DNA of 63,045 nucleotides from NCBI GenBank assembly GCA_017445985.1, contig JAFSRS010000008.1, forward strand, positions 1 to 63,045, written 5' to 3'. Shown here in pieces: positions 54,255 to 63,045 of this stretch. Under the pieces are notes generated by a model. It did not search any database. It was not told the DNA's origin and saw nothing but the letters and a program-made list of their open reading frames with translations. Source of the stretch: Oscillospiraceae bacterium. Its GTDB lineage: Bacteria; Bacillota; Clostridia; Oscillospirales; Oscillospiraceae. Made by a program: the position numbers and the translations under genes. Positions within the stretch are counted from its first letter, which is position 1; each line of letters starts with the position of its first letter.

Positions 54255-54934
54255 GGCTGTTGGTTGTGGACGACGAGAAGCTGCTCGTCAAGGGCTTGAA
54301 ATTCAATCTGGAGCACGACGGCTATCAGGTAGACGTCTGCTACGACGGGGCCAGCGCTGTGGAGCAGGCGCGGCGGGAGCACTATGACCTGATCCTGCTG
54401 GATCTGATGATGCCGGTGATGGACGGGCTGGAGGCCTGCATGCAGATCCGCGCTTTCTCCAACGTGCCGATCATCATGCTGACGGCGCGGACCGAGGACA
54501 CGGACAAGCTGATCGGATTCGAATATGGTGCGGACGATTACGTCACGAAGCCCTTCAACGTTCTGGAGCTGAAAGCCCGCGTCCGGGCGCTGCTCCGCCG
54601 TTCGGGCCAGAGCGCGGCGCAGGCCGCGGAGCCGGCCCAGCTCAGCGTCGGCGGGATCACCCTGGATTTCAGCCGCCGCTGCGCCATCGTGGACGGGCGC
54701 GAGGTCGATCTGACCGTCAAGGAGTTCGACCTCGTGAGCCTGTTGATGCGCTCCGAGGGGCGCGTATTCAGCCGGGAAAGCCTGCTCAATACGGTTTGGG
54801 GCCAGGACTTTTTCGGTGAGGAACGCACGGTGGACGTGCACATCCGCCGTCTGCGGGAAAAGCTCGAGCGCGACAGCGCCCACCCCGAGCATCTGATGAC
54901 CAAGTGGGGCGTGGGCTATTATTTCAAAAAGTGA
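54251..54934 (+). CDS. OmpR-family response regulator
   Basis: Receiver domain (LLVVDDE, LILLDLMMP, KPF) plus winged-helix (LT.KEFDL...VDVHI.RLR.K). ATGA overlap with comEA. Confidence 0.93.
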   Translation: MRLLVVDDEKLLVKGLKFNLEHDGYQVDVCYDGASAVEQARREHYDLILLDLMMPVMDGLEACMQIRAFSNVPIIMLTARTEDTDKLIGFEYGADDYVTKPFNVLELKARVRALLRRSGQSAAQAAEPAQLSVGGITLDFSRRCAIVDGREVDLTVKEFDLVSLLMRSEGRVFSRESLLNTVWGQDFFGEERTVDVHIRRLREKLERDSAHPEHLMTKWGVGYYFKK

Positions 54935-54941
54935 TCTCATC

Positions 54942-56420
54942 ATGACACAAGAGCAGATCAAAACCAAATACAGCGTACAGGGCACCTTTCTTGTGATCTT
55001 TTTCCTGTTCATCGCGGTCAGTACGGTGCTGCTGAACACCTTTCCCGTGATCTCGTCCCGCGACGTGGTGATCTCCAGCAAGCAGCGCGCGCTGATGAAC
55101 CAGACGAACGTGATGAGCGCGTCTCTCTCCGGGCTGGAACGGCTGAGCGTGGAGGGCGTGAAGCAGGTCATGGACCTGATCGACACGGGCGAGTATCACC
55201 GCGTGATCGTCTCGGACCGGAACGGGGCCGTGCTCTATGACACGGAGGACCCGCGGCAGAGCGGCAACAGCGTGCTGTCGATCCCACAGCTCCGCCGGGC
55301 GCTGGCCGGGGAGTCGGTCTTTACCTGCGTTTACGACGGGGAGACCTTCCGCAGCGAGAGCACCGCGCCGGTCATGAGCTACGGCAACGTGATCGGCGGC
55401 GTTTACGTATCGGACGACGACACGGACCAGGCCGCGCTGATCCGCTCCATCCAGGCCCGGCTGCGCACGGCCTCCATCGTGACCGGCGGCCTGTCCCTGG
55501 TCGTGATCGTCTGGTTCACAGCCCGGCTGACCCGCCGCCTCCGGGAACTGGCAAAGGCCATGCGCACGGTGCGCGAGGGCGATTACAGCGGGCGCGTCCC
55601 GGTGCGCGGACAGGACGAGGTCGCGGAGCTCAGCGCGGTGTTCAACGAGATGAACGGACGCTTGCAGAGCACCGAGGAGCTGCGCCGCCGCTTCGTTTCC
55701 GACGCCAGCCACGAGCTGCGGACGCCGCTGGCGAGCATCCGCCTTTTGAGCGACAGCGTGGTGCAGAGCGAGGAGATGGACCCGGAGACCATGCGGGAGT
55801 TCGTCACCGACATCGGCACCGAGGCGGAGCGCTTGCAGCGCCTGACGGAAAAGCTGATGCGCCTGACCCGGATGGACAGCGGCAGCGCGGATGAGCGCGT
55901 TCCGCTGGACCCGGCCCCAGTGGCGCAGCGCTGCGCCCACCTGCTGACGCCGCTGGCCCAGGAGAAGCGCGTGACGATCACGACGGAATCGACGAAGGGG
56001 CTCCTTGTGAAGGCCGCGGAGGACGACCTCTTTCAGATCATCTTCAACCTGACGGAAAACGCGATCAAATACAACGTCACGGACGGGCGCGTGCTGCTGC
56101 GGCTGTATGCAGACGGCAGCAGGGCCGTGCTGAGCGTGGAGGATACCGGCATCGGCATCCCGGAGGCGGACGTCGAACACGTGTTTGAACGCTTCTACCG
56201 CGTAGACAAGGCCCGCTCCCGCGAATTCGGAGGCAGCGGCCTGGGTCTCTCCATCGTCCACGACGCGGTGCTGTCCAACGGCGGCGAGATCAGCGTCGAG
56301 CCGGTGAAGCCCCAGGGGACGCGGTTCACGGTGAGCTTTCCGCTGGCGGAAGAGACCAATTCGGAATTCGAGAAGGGAGATCCCCATGTGCGCCCTGCTT
56401 CGTCCACACCTGATATATGA
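54942..56420 (+). CDS. sensor histidine kinase (HAMP-HisKA-HATPase)
   Basis: Two TM helices, HAMP, H-box FVSDASHELRTPL, N-box NAIKY, G-boxes DTGIGI and GGSGLGLSI. Confidence 0.93.
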   Translation: MTQEQIKTKYSVQGTFLVIFFLFIAVSTVLLNTFPVISSRDVVISSKQRALMNQTNVMSASLSGLERLSVEGVKQVMDLIDTGEYHRVIVSDRNGAVLYDTEDPRQSGNSVLSIPQLRRALAGESVFTCVYDGETFRSESTAPVMSYGNVIGGVYVSDDDTDQAALIRSIQARLRTASIVTGGLSLVVIVWFTARLTRRLRELAKAMRTVREGDYSGRVPVRGQDEVAELSAVFNEMNGRLQSTEELRRRFVSDASHELRTPLASIRLLSDSVVQSEEMDPETMREFVTDIGTEAERLQRLTEKLMRLTRMDSGSADERVPLDPAPVAQRCAHLLTPLAQEKRVTITTESTKGLLVKAAEDDLFQIIFNLTENAIKYNVTDGRVLLRLYADGSRAVLSVEDTGIGIPEADVEHVFERFYRVDKARSREFGGSGLGLSIVHDAVLSNGGEISVEPVKPQGTRFTVSFPLAEETNSEFEKGDPHVRPASSTPDI

Positions 56421-56871
56421 GACCCTCGACGCTGTACCGTCCGACGAGCTTTTGCGCCGGGGGGTGCGGCTGGTGCTGCTGGATATCGACAACACCCTTG
56501 CGCCCTACACCCGGCAGACGGCGGGGGACGCGCTGCGCGCCTGGGCGGAGGCCATGCGCGGGGCCGGACTGACGCTCTATCTGCTGTCGAACAACAAGGG
56601 CACGCGTCCTGAGACCTTCGCGACGGAGCTGGACCTGCCCTACGTGAAGCGGGCGAAAAAGCCCTCGCCGGAGGCGGCCCGCTCGATCATGGCGGAGCTG
56701 AACGTTTCGCCAAAGGAGACGGCCATCGTCGGTGATCAGATCTACACCGACATGCTCTGCGCCCACCGCTGCGGCTGTCTGGCGGTGCTGATCGAGCCGA
56801 TCGAGCTGCACAATATCTGGCTGCGGCTGCGCTATTGGGCGGAGCGGCCCTTTCGACGAGTTCATAGTTGA
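56386..56871 (+). CDS. YqeG family HAD phosphatase
   Basis: HAD motif I LLDIDNTL, LSNN, motif III KP, GDQIYTDM. 35-nt overlap with the kinase gene end. Confidence 0.88.
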   Translation: MCALLRPHLIYETLDAVPSDELLRRGVRLVLLDIDNTLAPYTRQTAGDALRAWAEAMRGAGLTLYLLSNNKGTRPETFATELDLPYVKRAKKPSPEAARSIMAELNVSPKETAIVGDQIYTDMLCAHRCGCLAVLIEPIELHNIWLRLRYWAERPFRRVHS

Positions 56872-56885
56872 TAGTTGTTAGCATT
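56865..56885 (+). repeat. short ATAGTTG-class heptamer array overlapping the yqeG stop
   Basis: ATAGTTG ATAGTTG TTAGCAT. The first unit contains the yqeG stop TGA (56869-56871). Same unit class as the lon-engB spacer. Confidence 0.55.
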
Positions 56886-56911
56886 ATCATATAAATCAAA
56901 GGAGAAATGAT

Positions 56912-57973
56912 ATGACACGCATCGAGAAGATCCAAAACGAGTTGAAGCGGCGCGAGCTGGACGCGATCCTGCTGTTTTCTGAATCCAACGTCCACTACGC
57001 GGGGCAGTTCGCGTTCACCGACGGCGCGATCGCCGTGTCACGCGACGGCGCCTGGCTGTTCACCGACTCCCGCTACATCGAGGCGGCGCAGGCCGAGGCG
57101 AAGGGCGTCGAGGTCCGCCTGATGGACGCCGAACACAAGCTCTCCGACCAGCTCAAAGAGGTCCTGGGCGGCTGCGCGAAGATCGCCGCGGAGGAGGAGC
57201 GCCTCGCCCACGCGGCCTGGAAGCATTGGGAGGAGCTGCTTGGAGCGGAGCTGCTCAACGGGGAGGACCTGATGGCGGAGCTCCGCGCGGTGAAGGACGA
57301 GAGCGAGATCGCGTCCCTGGTCGCCGCGCAGCGCATCGCGGAGCAGGCGCTGGAACAGATCCTCGGCTACATCAAGCCCGGCGTCAAGGAACGGGACGTC
57401 GCCGCGGAGCTGACCTACCGGATGATGCTGCTGGGCGGGGAGGGCAACAGCTTCGACCCGATCACGATCACCGGCCCCAACACCAGCAAGCCCCACGGCG
57501 TTCCCGGCGAGGCCATCGTCCAGCCCGGCGACTTCGTGACGATGGATTTCGGCACGCTGGTGAACGGATATCACTCCGACATGACCCGCACCGTCGCGGT
57601 GGGCTATGCTACGGATGAAATGAAGAAGGTCTACGATACGGTCCTGCGCGCACAGCTCGCGGGGATCGAATTGATGAAGGCCGGGACCACAGGCGCGGCG
57701 GTCCACAAGGCCGCGGCGGACGTTATCGCGGCGGAGGGCTACGGCGAATACTTCGGCCACGGCTTCGGCCACAGCGTCGGCCTGGAAATCCACGAGATGC
57801 CCGGCGCCAGCCCCCGCAACGAAAAGCCCCTGCCCGCGGGCGCGGTCGTCACCGCCGAGCCGGGCATCTACCTCCCGGGCAGATTCGGCGTCCGCATCGA
57901 GGATATGGTGCTGATCGGGGAGGACGGGCCGCACGATCTCACCAAGGCGCCGAAGGAGCTACTGGTACTGTAA
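56912..57973 (+). CDS. M24 family Xaa-Pro aminopeptidase
   Basis: Creatinase-like N domain. Metal ligands in DFG..V.GY.SD.TRT, HGFGHSVGLEIHE, EPG.Y....GVRIED. Confidence 0.92.
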   Translation: MTRIEKIQNELKRRELDAILLFSESNVHYAGQFAFTDGAIAVSRDGAWLFTDSRYIEAAQAEAKGVEVRLMDAEHKLSDQLKEVLGGCAKIAAEEERLAHAAWKHWEELLGAELLNGEDLMAELRAVKDESEIASLVAAQRIAEQALEQILGYIKPGVKERDVAAELTYRMMLLGGEGNSFDPITITGPNTSKPHGVPGEAIVQPGDFVTMDFGTLVNGYHSDMTRTVAVGYATDEMKKVYDTVLRAQLAGIELMKAGTTGAAVHKAAADVIAAEGYGEYFGHGFGHSVGLEIHEMPGASPRNEKPLPAGAVVTAEPGIYLPGRFGVRIEDMVLIGEDGPHDLTKAPKELLVL

Positions 57974-58058
57974 GCAGTTAGGAGTTATGAGTTATGAGTT
58001 AGGAGTTATTGAGACGAAAGCAAAGCAAACTCCTAACTCCTAACTCCACACTCCTAAC
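57974..58058. repeat. heptamer hairpin (GGAGTTA class)
   Basis: GCAGTTA GGAGTTA TGAGTTA TGAGTTA GGAGTTA at 57974-58008. About 19-nt loop. AACTCCT AACTCCT AACTCCA CACTCCT AACTA at 58028-58058. Starts 1 nt after the stop TAA. Confidence 0.85.
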
Positions 58059-58094
58059 TAAAACCGATTTCCGAAACCAAGGAGGTGACCCACC

Positions 58095-58718
58095 ATGCCG
58101 CGCAAGCCGAAACGAAATACCAAGGGAAAGATCATCTCCGCCGCCTGGCGTCTGTTCTATGAGCAGGGCTATGAGGACACGACGATCGAGGACATATTGG
58201 AGGCCAGCGAGACCAGCAAGGGGACCTTCTACCACTATTTTGAGGGGAAGGACGCCCTGCTGGGGACGCTGAGCGTCCTCTTCGACGAGAAATACGAGCA
58301 GTTGATCCCCACGATCCGCGAGGACGACAACGCGCTGGACGTGCTGGCCTACCTGAACCGGGAGCTGTTCGCGATGATCGATTCCAGCGTGTCCCTGGAC
58401 CTGCTGGCCCGGCTGCTCTCGACCCAGCTCACGACCCGCGGCGAAAAGCATCTTCTGGACCGCAACCGCGTCTATTTCCGCCTTCTGCGCGACGTGATCG
58501 CCCGGGGCCAGAGCCGGGGAGAGCTCCGGACTGATCTCAGCGTCAACGAGATCATGAAGGCCTACGCCCTGATGGAGCGGGGCCTGATGTACGACTGGTG
58601 CCTCTGCTCCGGGGAATATTCGCTGAGCCGCTACAGCGCAGACGTGATGCGGATGTTTTTGCAGACCTACGCCGCTCAGTCAAACAAAGGGCCCTTGTCA
58701 GAATGCACATCAGAATAA
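58095..58718 (+). CDS. TetR/AcrR family transcriptional regulator
   Basis: N-terminal HTH KIISAAWRLFYEQGYEDTTIEDILEASETSKGTFYHYF. Confidence 0.92.
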   Translation: MPRKPKRNTKGKIISAAWRLFYEQGYEDTTIEDILEASETSKGTFYHYFEGKDALLGTLSVLFDEKYEQLIPTIREDDNALDVLAYLNRELFAMIDSSVSLDLLARLLSTQLTTRGEKHLLDRNRVYFRLLRDVIARGQSRGELRTDLSVNEIMKAYALMERGLMYDWCLCSGEYSLSRYSADVMRMFLQTYAAQSNKGPLSECTSE

Positions 58719-58932
58719 TATGAATATGCTGCTGCCTTGTGACATCCTACAGAAACTTTTGCGGGTATTAAAAATAGTATAGAATGTAGTACGGTAAAAA
58801 TTCCTTGATATATAGAAAATATATATAAAGAAAATAAATGGCGTATAGATAATAGTCTATACACCATTCTATATTGCGGTCTAATGATACTTATGCTATT
58901 CTCTCTGCATAAACAGAAGGGAAGTGCATAGC

Positions 58933-60468
58933 ATGACAGGTTCTTCCATCGCGATCCTGGCAACGATCCTCATCTATCTGGCCGCAATGGTCGGCATCGG
59001 ACTATACTTCAACCGAAAGGGCAGCGGCCACAGCGCCGGGGAGTTCTTCCTCGGCGGGCGGAAGCTGGGCCCCCTGGTGACGGCCATGAGCGCCGAGGCC
59101 AGCGACATGAGCAGCTATCTGCTGATGGGCCTGCCGGGGCTGGCCTATCTCTGCGGCGTGGCCGAGGTCGGCTGGACGATCATCGGTCTGGCCGTCGGCA
59201 CCTATCTGAACTTCCTGTTCGTAGCGCGCCGCCTGCGCCGCTACAGCGCCGCGCTGGACGCCATCACGCTGCCGGACTACTTCTCCCGCCGCTGGAAGGA
59301 CGAGCGGCACGTGCTGAGCCTCGTCGCCGCGCTGATCATCGTCGTATTCTTCGTGCCCTATACCGCCTCCGGCTTCAAGGCCGTGGGGACGCTGTTCAAC
59401 AGCCTCTTCGGATGGGATTATCACCTGAGCATGGTGATCGGCGCGGTCGTCATCATCGGCTATACGGTCCTGGGCGGCTTCCTCGCCGTCAGCACCACCG
59501 ACCTGATCCAGAGCATCTTCATGACCGTCGCGCTGGTCGTGATCGTCTTTTTCGGCATCGGCCGGGCGGGCGGTCTCGGCGCGGTGATGGAGAACGCAAG
59601 GGCCCTGCCCGGTTACCTGAACCTGAACCAGGGCTATGATCCCGCTACGGGCGCGGCGGGCTCCTTCGGCTTCCTGAGTGTTGTTTCGACCCTGGCCTGG
59701 GGCCTTGGCTATTTCGGAATGCCTCACATCCTTCTGCGCTTCATGGCGATCCGGGATGAGAACGAGGTCAAGACCAGCCGCCGGATCGCCAGCATCTGGG
59801 CCCTGGTGAGCATGCTCGTTGCCGTGTTCATCGGCATCATCGGCCTCGCCGTCAGCAAGGCGGGCGGCATCCCGACCCTGGTGGGCAGCAGCGAGAGCGA
59901 GTCGGTCATCATCCGTCTGGCAAACCTCATGAGCGGGAACGGGGTCCTGTTCGCCATCGTGGCTGGCGTGATCCTCGCGGGCATCCTCGCGGCGACGATG
60001 TCCACCGCCGACAGTCAGCTCCTGGCCGCGGCCAGCAGCGTGTCGCAGGACCTCCTGCAGGACTTCTTCGGGAAGAAGCTCAGCCGCAAGTCCTCCATGA
60101 TCGCGGCCCGCGGCACCGTGATCCTGATCGCGGTGATCGGCGTCGTGCTGGCCTGGGATCAGAATTCCAGCGTTTTCCGCGTGGTGTCCTTCGCCTGGGC
60201 GGGTTTCGGCGCGGCCTTCGGCCCCACGGTCCTGCTCAGCCTCTTCTGGCGGCGCAGCAATAAGGCCGGAGCGCTGGCCGGTATGCTGGTCGGCGGCGGC
60301 ATGGTATTCGTCTGGAAGTTCCTGATCGCGCCCATCGGCGGCGCCTTCGCGATCTATGAGCTGCTGCCTGCCTTCCTCTGCGCGGCGATCGCCATCGTCG
60401 TCGTGAGTCTGGCGACGAAGGCGCCGGAGAAGGAGATCACGGAGAAGTTTGACAAATTGATGAAGTAA
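58933..60468 (+). CDS. putP: sodium:proline symporter (SSS family)
   Basis: FFLGGRKLGP..TAMSAEASDMSSYLLMGLPG motif, 13 predicted TM spans. RBS AAGGGAAG lies 12 nt before ATG 58933. Confidence 0.9.
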   Translation: MTGSSIAILATILIYLAAMVGIGLYFNRKGSGHSAGEFFLGGRKLGPLVTAMSAEASDMSSYLLMGLPGLAYLCGVAEVGWTIIGLAVGTYLNFLFVARRLRRYSAALDAITLPDYFSRRWKDERHVLSLVAALIIVVFFVPYTASGFKAVGTLFNSLFGWDYHLSMVIGAVVIIGYTVLGGFLAVSTTDLIQSIFMTVALVVIVFFGIGRAGGLGAVMENARALPGYLNLNQGYDPATGAAGSFGFLSVVSTLAWGLGYFGMPHILLRFMAIRDENEVKTSRRIASIWALVSMLVAVFIGIIGLAVSKAGGIPTLVGSSESESVIIRLANLMSGNGVLFAIVAGVILAGILAATMSTADSQLLAAASSVSQDLLQDFFGKKLSRKSSMIAARGTVILIAVIGVVLAWDQNSSVFRVVSFAWAGFGAAFGPTVLLSLFWRRSNKAGALAGMLVGGGMVFVWKFLIAPIGGAFAIYELLPAFLCAAIAIVVVSLATKAPEKEITEKFDKLMK

Positions 60469-60477
60469 CAATTAGAT

Positions 60478-60525
60478 ATATATCGAACAAATCCGGCGCG
60501 TTTGCGCCGGATTTGTTCGATATAT
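60478..60525. terminator. bidirectional hairpin, 22-bp perfect stem, between putP and the toxin gene
   Basis: ATATATCGAACAAATCCGGCGC-GTTT-GCGCCGGATTTGTTCGATATAT. The right arm ends 1 nt before the toxin stop codon. Confidence 0.75.
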
Positions 60526-60834
60526 TCATTGCAATCTGTCACGCAGGTTTGACCGGCTGTACAAAAATCGCCGGAACTCCACTACGTCGTCATAGACGAC
60601 ATAGAAAGCATAGTAGTTTTTCACCCTGAGCCGGTAGTAATCCATGTCCACATCAGGTGGAGAAGCATACGGCTTGGACGCTTTGGGAAAAGTGAGCAGC
60701 GAACTCTTACATTTTTCAAACTCTGTATCCAGCGTCCGCGCCGCGCTTTTGTTTTTTAGGGCTTCGGAAATATATTCCAAAGCGCCGAGATAGTCTTGCC
60801 AAAAGGAATCCTTGTACTCAAACCTGTACCTCAT
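60526..60834 (-). CDS. type II toxin, RelE/ParE superfamily
   Basis: 102 aa. Family-typical C-terminal pattern YRLRV.NYYAFYVV.DD.V...R.LY. 17-nt overlap with the upstream antitoxin gene. AT-rich relative to the flanks. Confidence 0.75.
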   Translation of the reverse strand: MRYRFEYKDSFWQDYLGALEYISEALKNKSAARTLDTEFEKCKSSLLTFPKASKPYASPPDVDMDYYRLRVKNYYAFYVVYDDVVEFRRFLYSRSNLRDRLQ

Positions 60835-61087
60835 TCAAATACGCCTCCGCTTTGGCTCGAAATTCTTCCTCCGTATAGGTTGGCTCTCCGGCCCGCGCCC
60901 GCGCGTCGGCCTCCTGCAAACAGGCAAGGTAGGGATCGCCGCGAAGCTCAAAGGGAATTCCGCCCCGCATGACCGACTGCTTGAGGAATACACGCACCGC
61001 GGAGGAGGTGTCCATGCCGATACTGGCGAACAAGCTGTCCGCCTGGGCCTTGAGCGTATCGTCGATCCGAATCTGAAGGTTTGCCAT
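60818..61087 (-). CDS. type II antitoxin, RelB/DinJ (ribbon-helix-helix) family
   Basis: MANLQIRIDDTLKAQADSLFASIGMDTSSAVRVFLKQSV is the DinJ/RelB RHH pattern. AAGGAG RBS before ATG (CAT at 61085-61087). Confidence 0.8.
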   Translation of the reverse strand: MANLQIRIDDTLKAQADSLFASIGMDTSSAVRVFLKQSVMRGGIPFELRGDPYLACLQEADARARAGEPTYTEEEFRAKAEAYLNEVQV

Positions 61088-61129
61088 AAAGCTCACTCCT
61101 TTCAATAAAAATATATTACAAATACATAG

Positions 61130-62746
<1,617 letters not shown>

Positions 62747-62756
62747 ATACGCAAAC

Positions 62757-62784
62757 GGGCCGCGATCACCAGGGATCGCGGCCC
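62757..62784. terminator. hairpin between convergent guaB and the last ORF
   Basis: GGGCCGCGATC-ACCAGG-GATCGCGGCCC, an 11-bp perfect stem, followed by ATTAAGTTT. Confidence 0.6.
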
Positions 62785-62800
62785 ATTAAGTTTCAGATTA

Positions 62801-63045
62801 TTATATGACCGGCTTCACGTCCGCCAGCAGGCCCTTCCAGTTGTCGCTCCAGACCCGCCAGTCGCCCCGCTGGTCCTGATAGAACAGGCAATAGCGCTCA
62901 CTGTCCGCGCCGGGCAGAGAGACCAGGACCTGCCGCAGCTCCGGCGTGGTCGGCGTCGCGGCCTTGTAGGGCTCGTAGACGCTCTGGCGCACCGTGACGG
63001 TAAGGGGCAGGGAGGGGGCGTAACCGTTTTCCGGCGCCGCGCCGC
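62801..63045 (-). CDS. hypothetical protein, 5' end beyond the window
   Basis: - strand frame is open from the stop at 62801 to the window edge. GC3-rich codon pattern. No family recognised (…VRQSVYEPYKAATPTTPELRQVLVSLPGADSERYCLFYQDQRGDWRVWSDNWKGLLADVKPVI). Confidence 0.5.
   Translation of the reverse strand, partial: GAAPENGYAPSLPLTVTVRQSVYEPYKAATPTTPELRQVLVSLPGADSERYCLFYQDQRGDWRVWSDNWKGLLADVKPVI

Overview
This is a 63-kb, high-GC window (roughly two-thirds G+C by eye). It is almost entirely core chromosome of a spore-forming Clostridia-type Firmicute, and the gene content and order look Oscillospirales-like. About 60 genes are packed tightly, nearly all on the + strand, often with ATGA/GTGA start-stop overlaps. 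Gene order:
- BMP-type ABC importer (partial ATPase plus 2 permeases), a gamma-carbonic-anhydrase-like protein and a JAB-TM-LysM membrane protein.
- A heterodimeric ABC exporter pair on the - strand.
- lepB-rbgA-rnhB-yraN, thrC and a metallophosphoesterase.
- tig-clpP-clpX-lon-engB, an M50 protease, scpA-scpB and the ytfI-like/ytfJ sporulation pair.
- A DD-carboxypeptidase, rluB and a lower-GC lipoprotein/YD-repeat gene broken by one in-frame TAG.
- A HI0933-type flavoprotein, the ispH-S1 fusion and carD-ispD-ispF.
- DUF3343 plus a class-V desulfurase.
- cdaA-cdaR, then yicC-remA-gmk-rpoZ-priA-def-fmt-rsmB-rlmN-stp-prkC-rsgA.
- A SipL-like DUF3794/LysM protein, yebC and a catalytically degenerate PBP5-like protein on the - strand.
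- comEA, a two-component system, yqeG, an M24 peptidase and tetR-putP.
- A ParE/RelB toxin-antitoxin pair in an AT-rich islet, guaB, and a partial - strand ORF at the window end.

I found no rRNA, tRNA, CRISPR array, transposase, integrase or recognisable multi-gene defence system.

The most unusual signal is non-coding. Nine intergenic loci are built from 7-nt tandem units that carry stop codons. They often form about 110-bp palindromic elements with a conserved two-mini-hairpin core. A second family ends in GTAGGG...CCCTAC inverted repeats, and one copy of it sits nested inside an element of the first family.

Protein-level oddities:
- A PBP5 homologue with all three active-site motifs substituted and a long cytoplasmic tail.
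- A JAB/MPN-like domain with HxQ in place of HxH, fused through a membrane helix to LysM.
- A signal peptide separated from its YD-repeat body by a single in-frame TAG.

All coordinates of hairpins, repeats and promoters were indexed by hand and may be off by 1-2 nt. Family assignments rest on recognised motifs, not on database searches.
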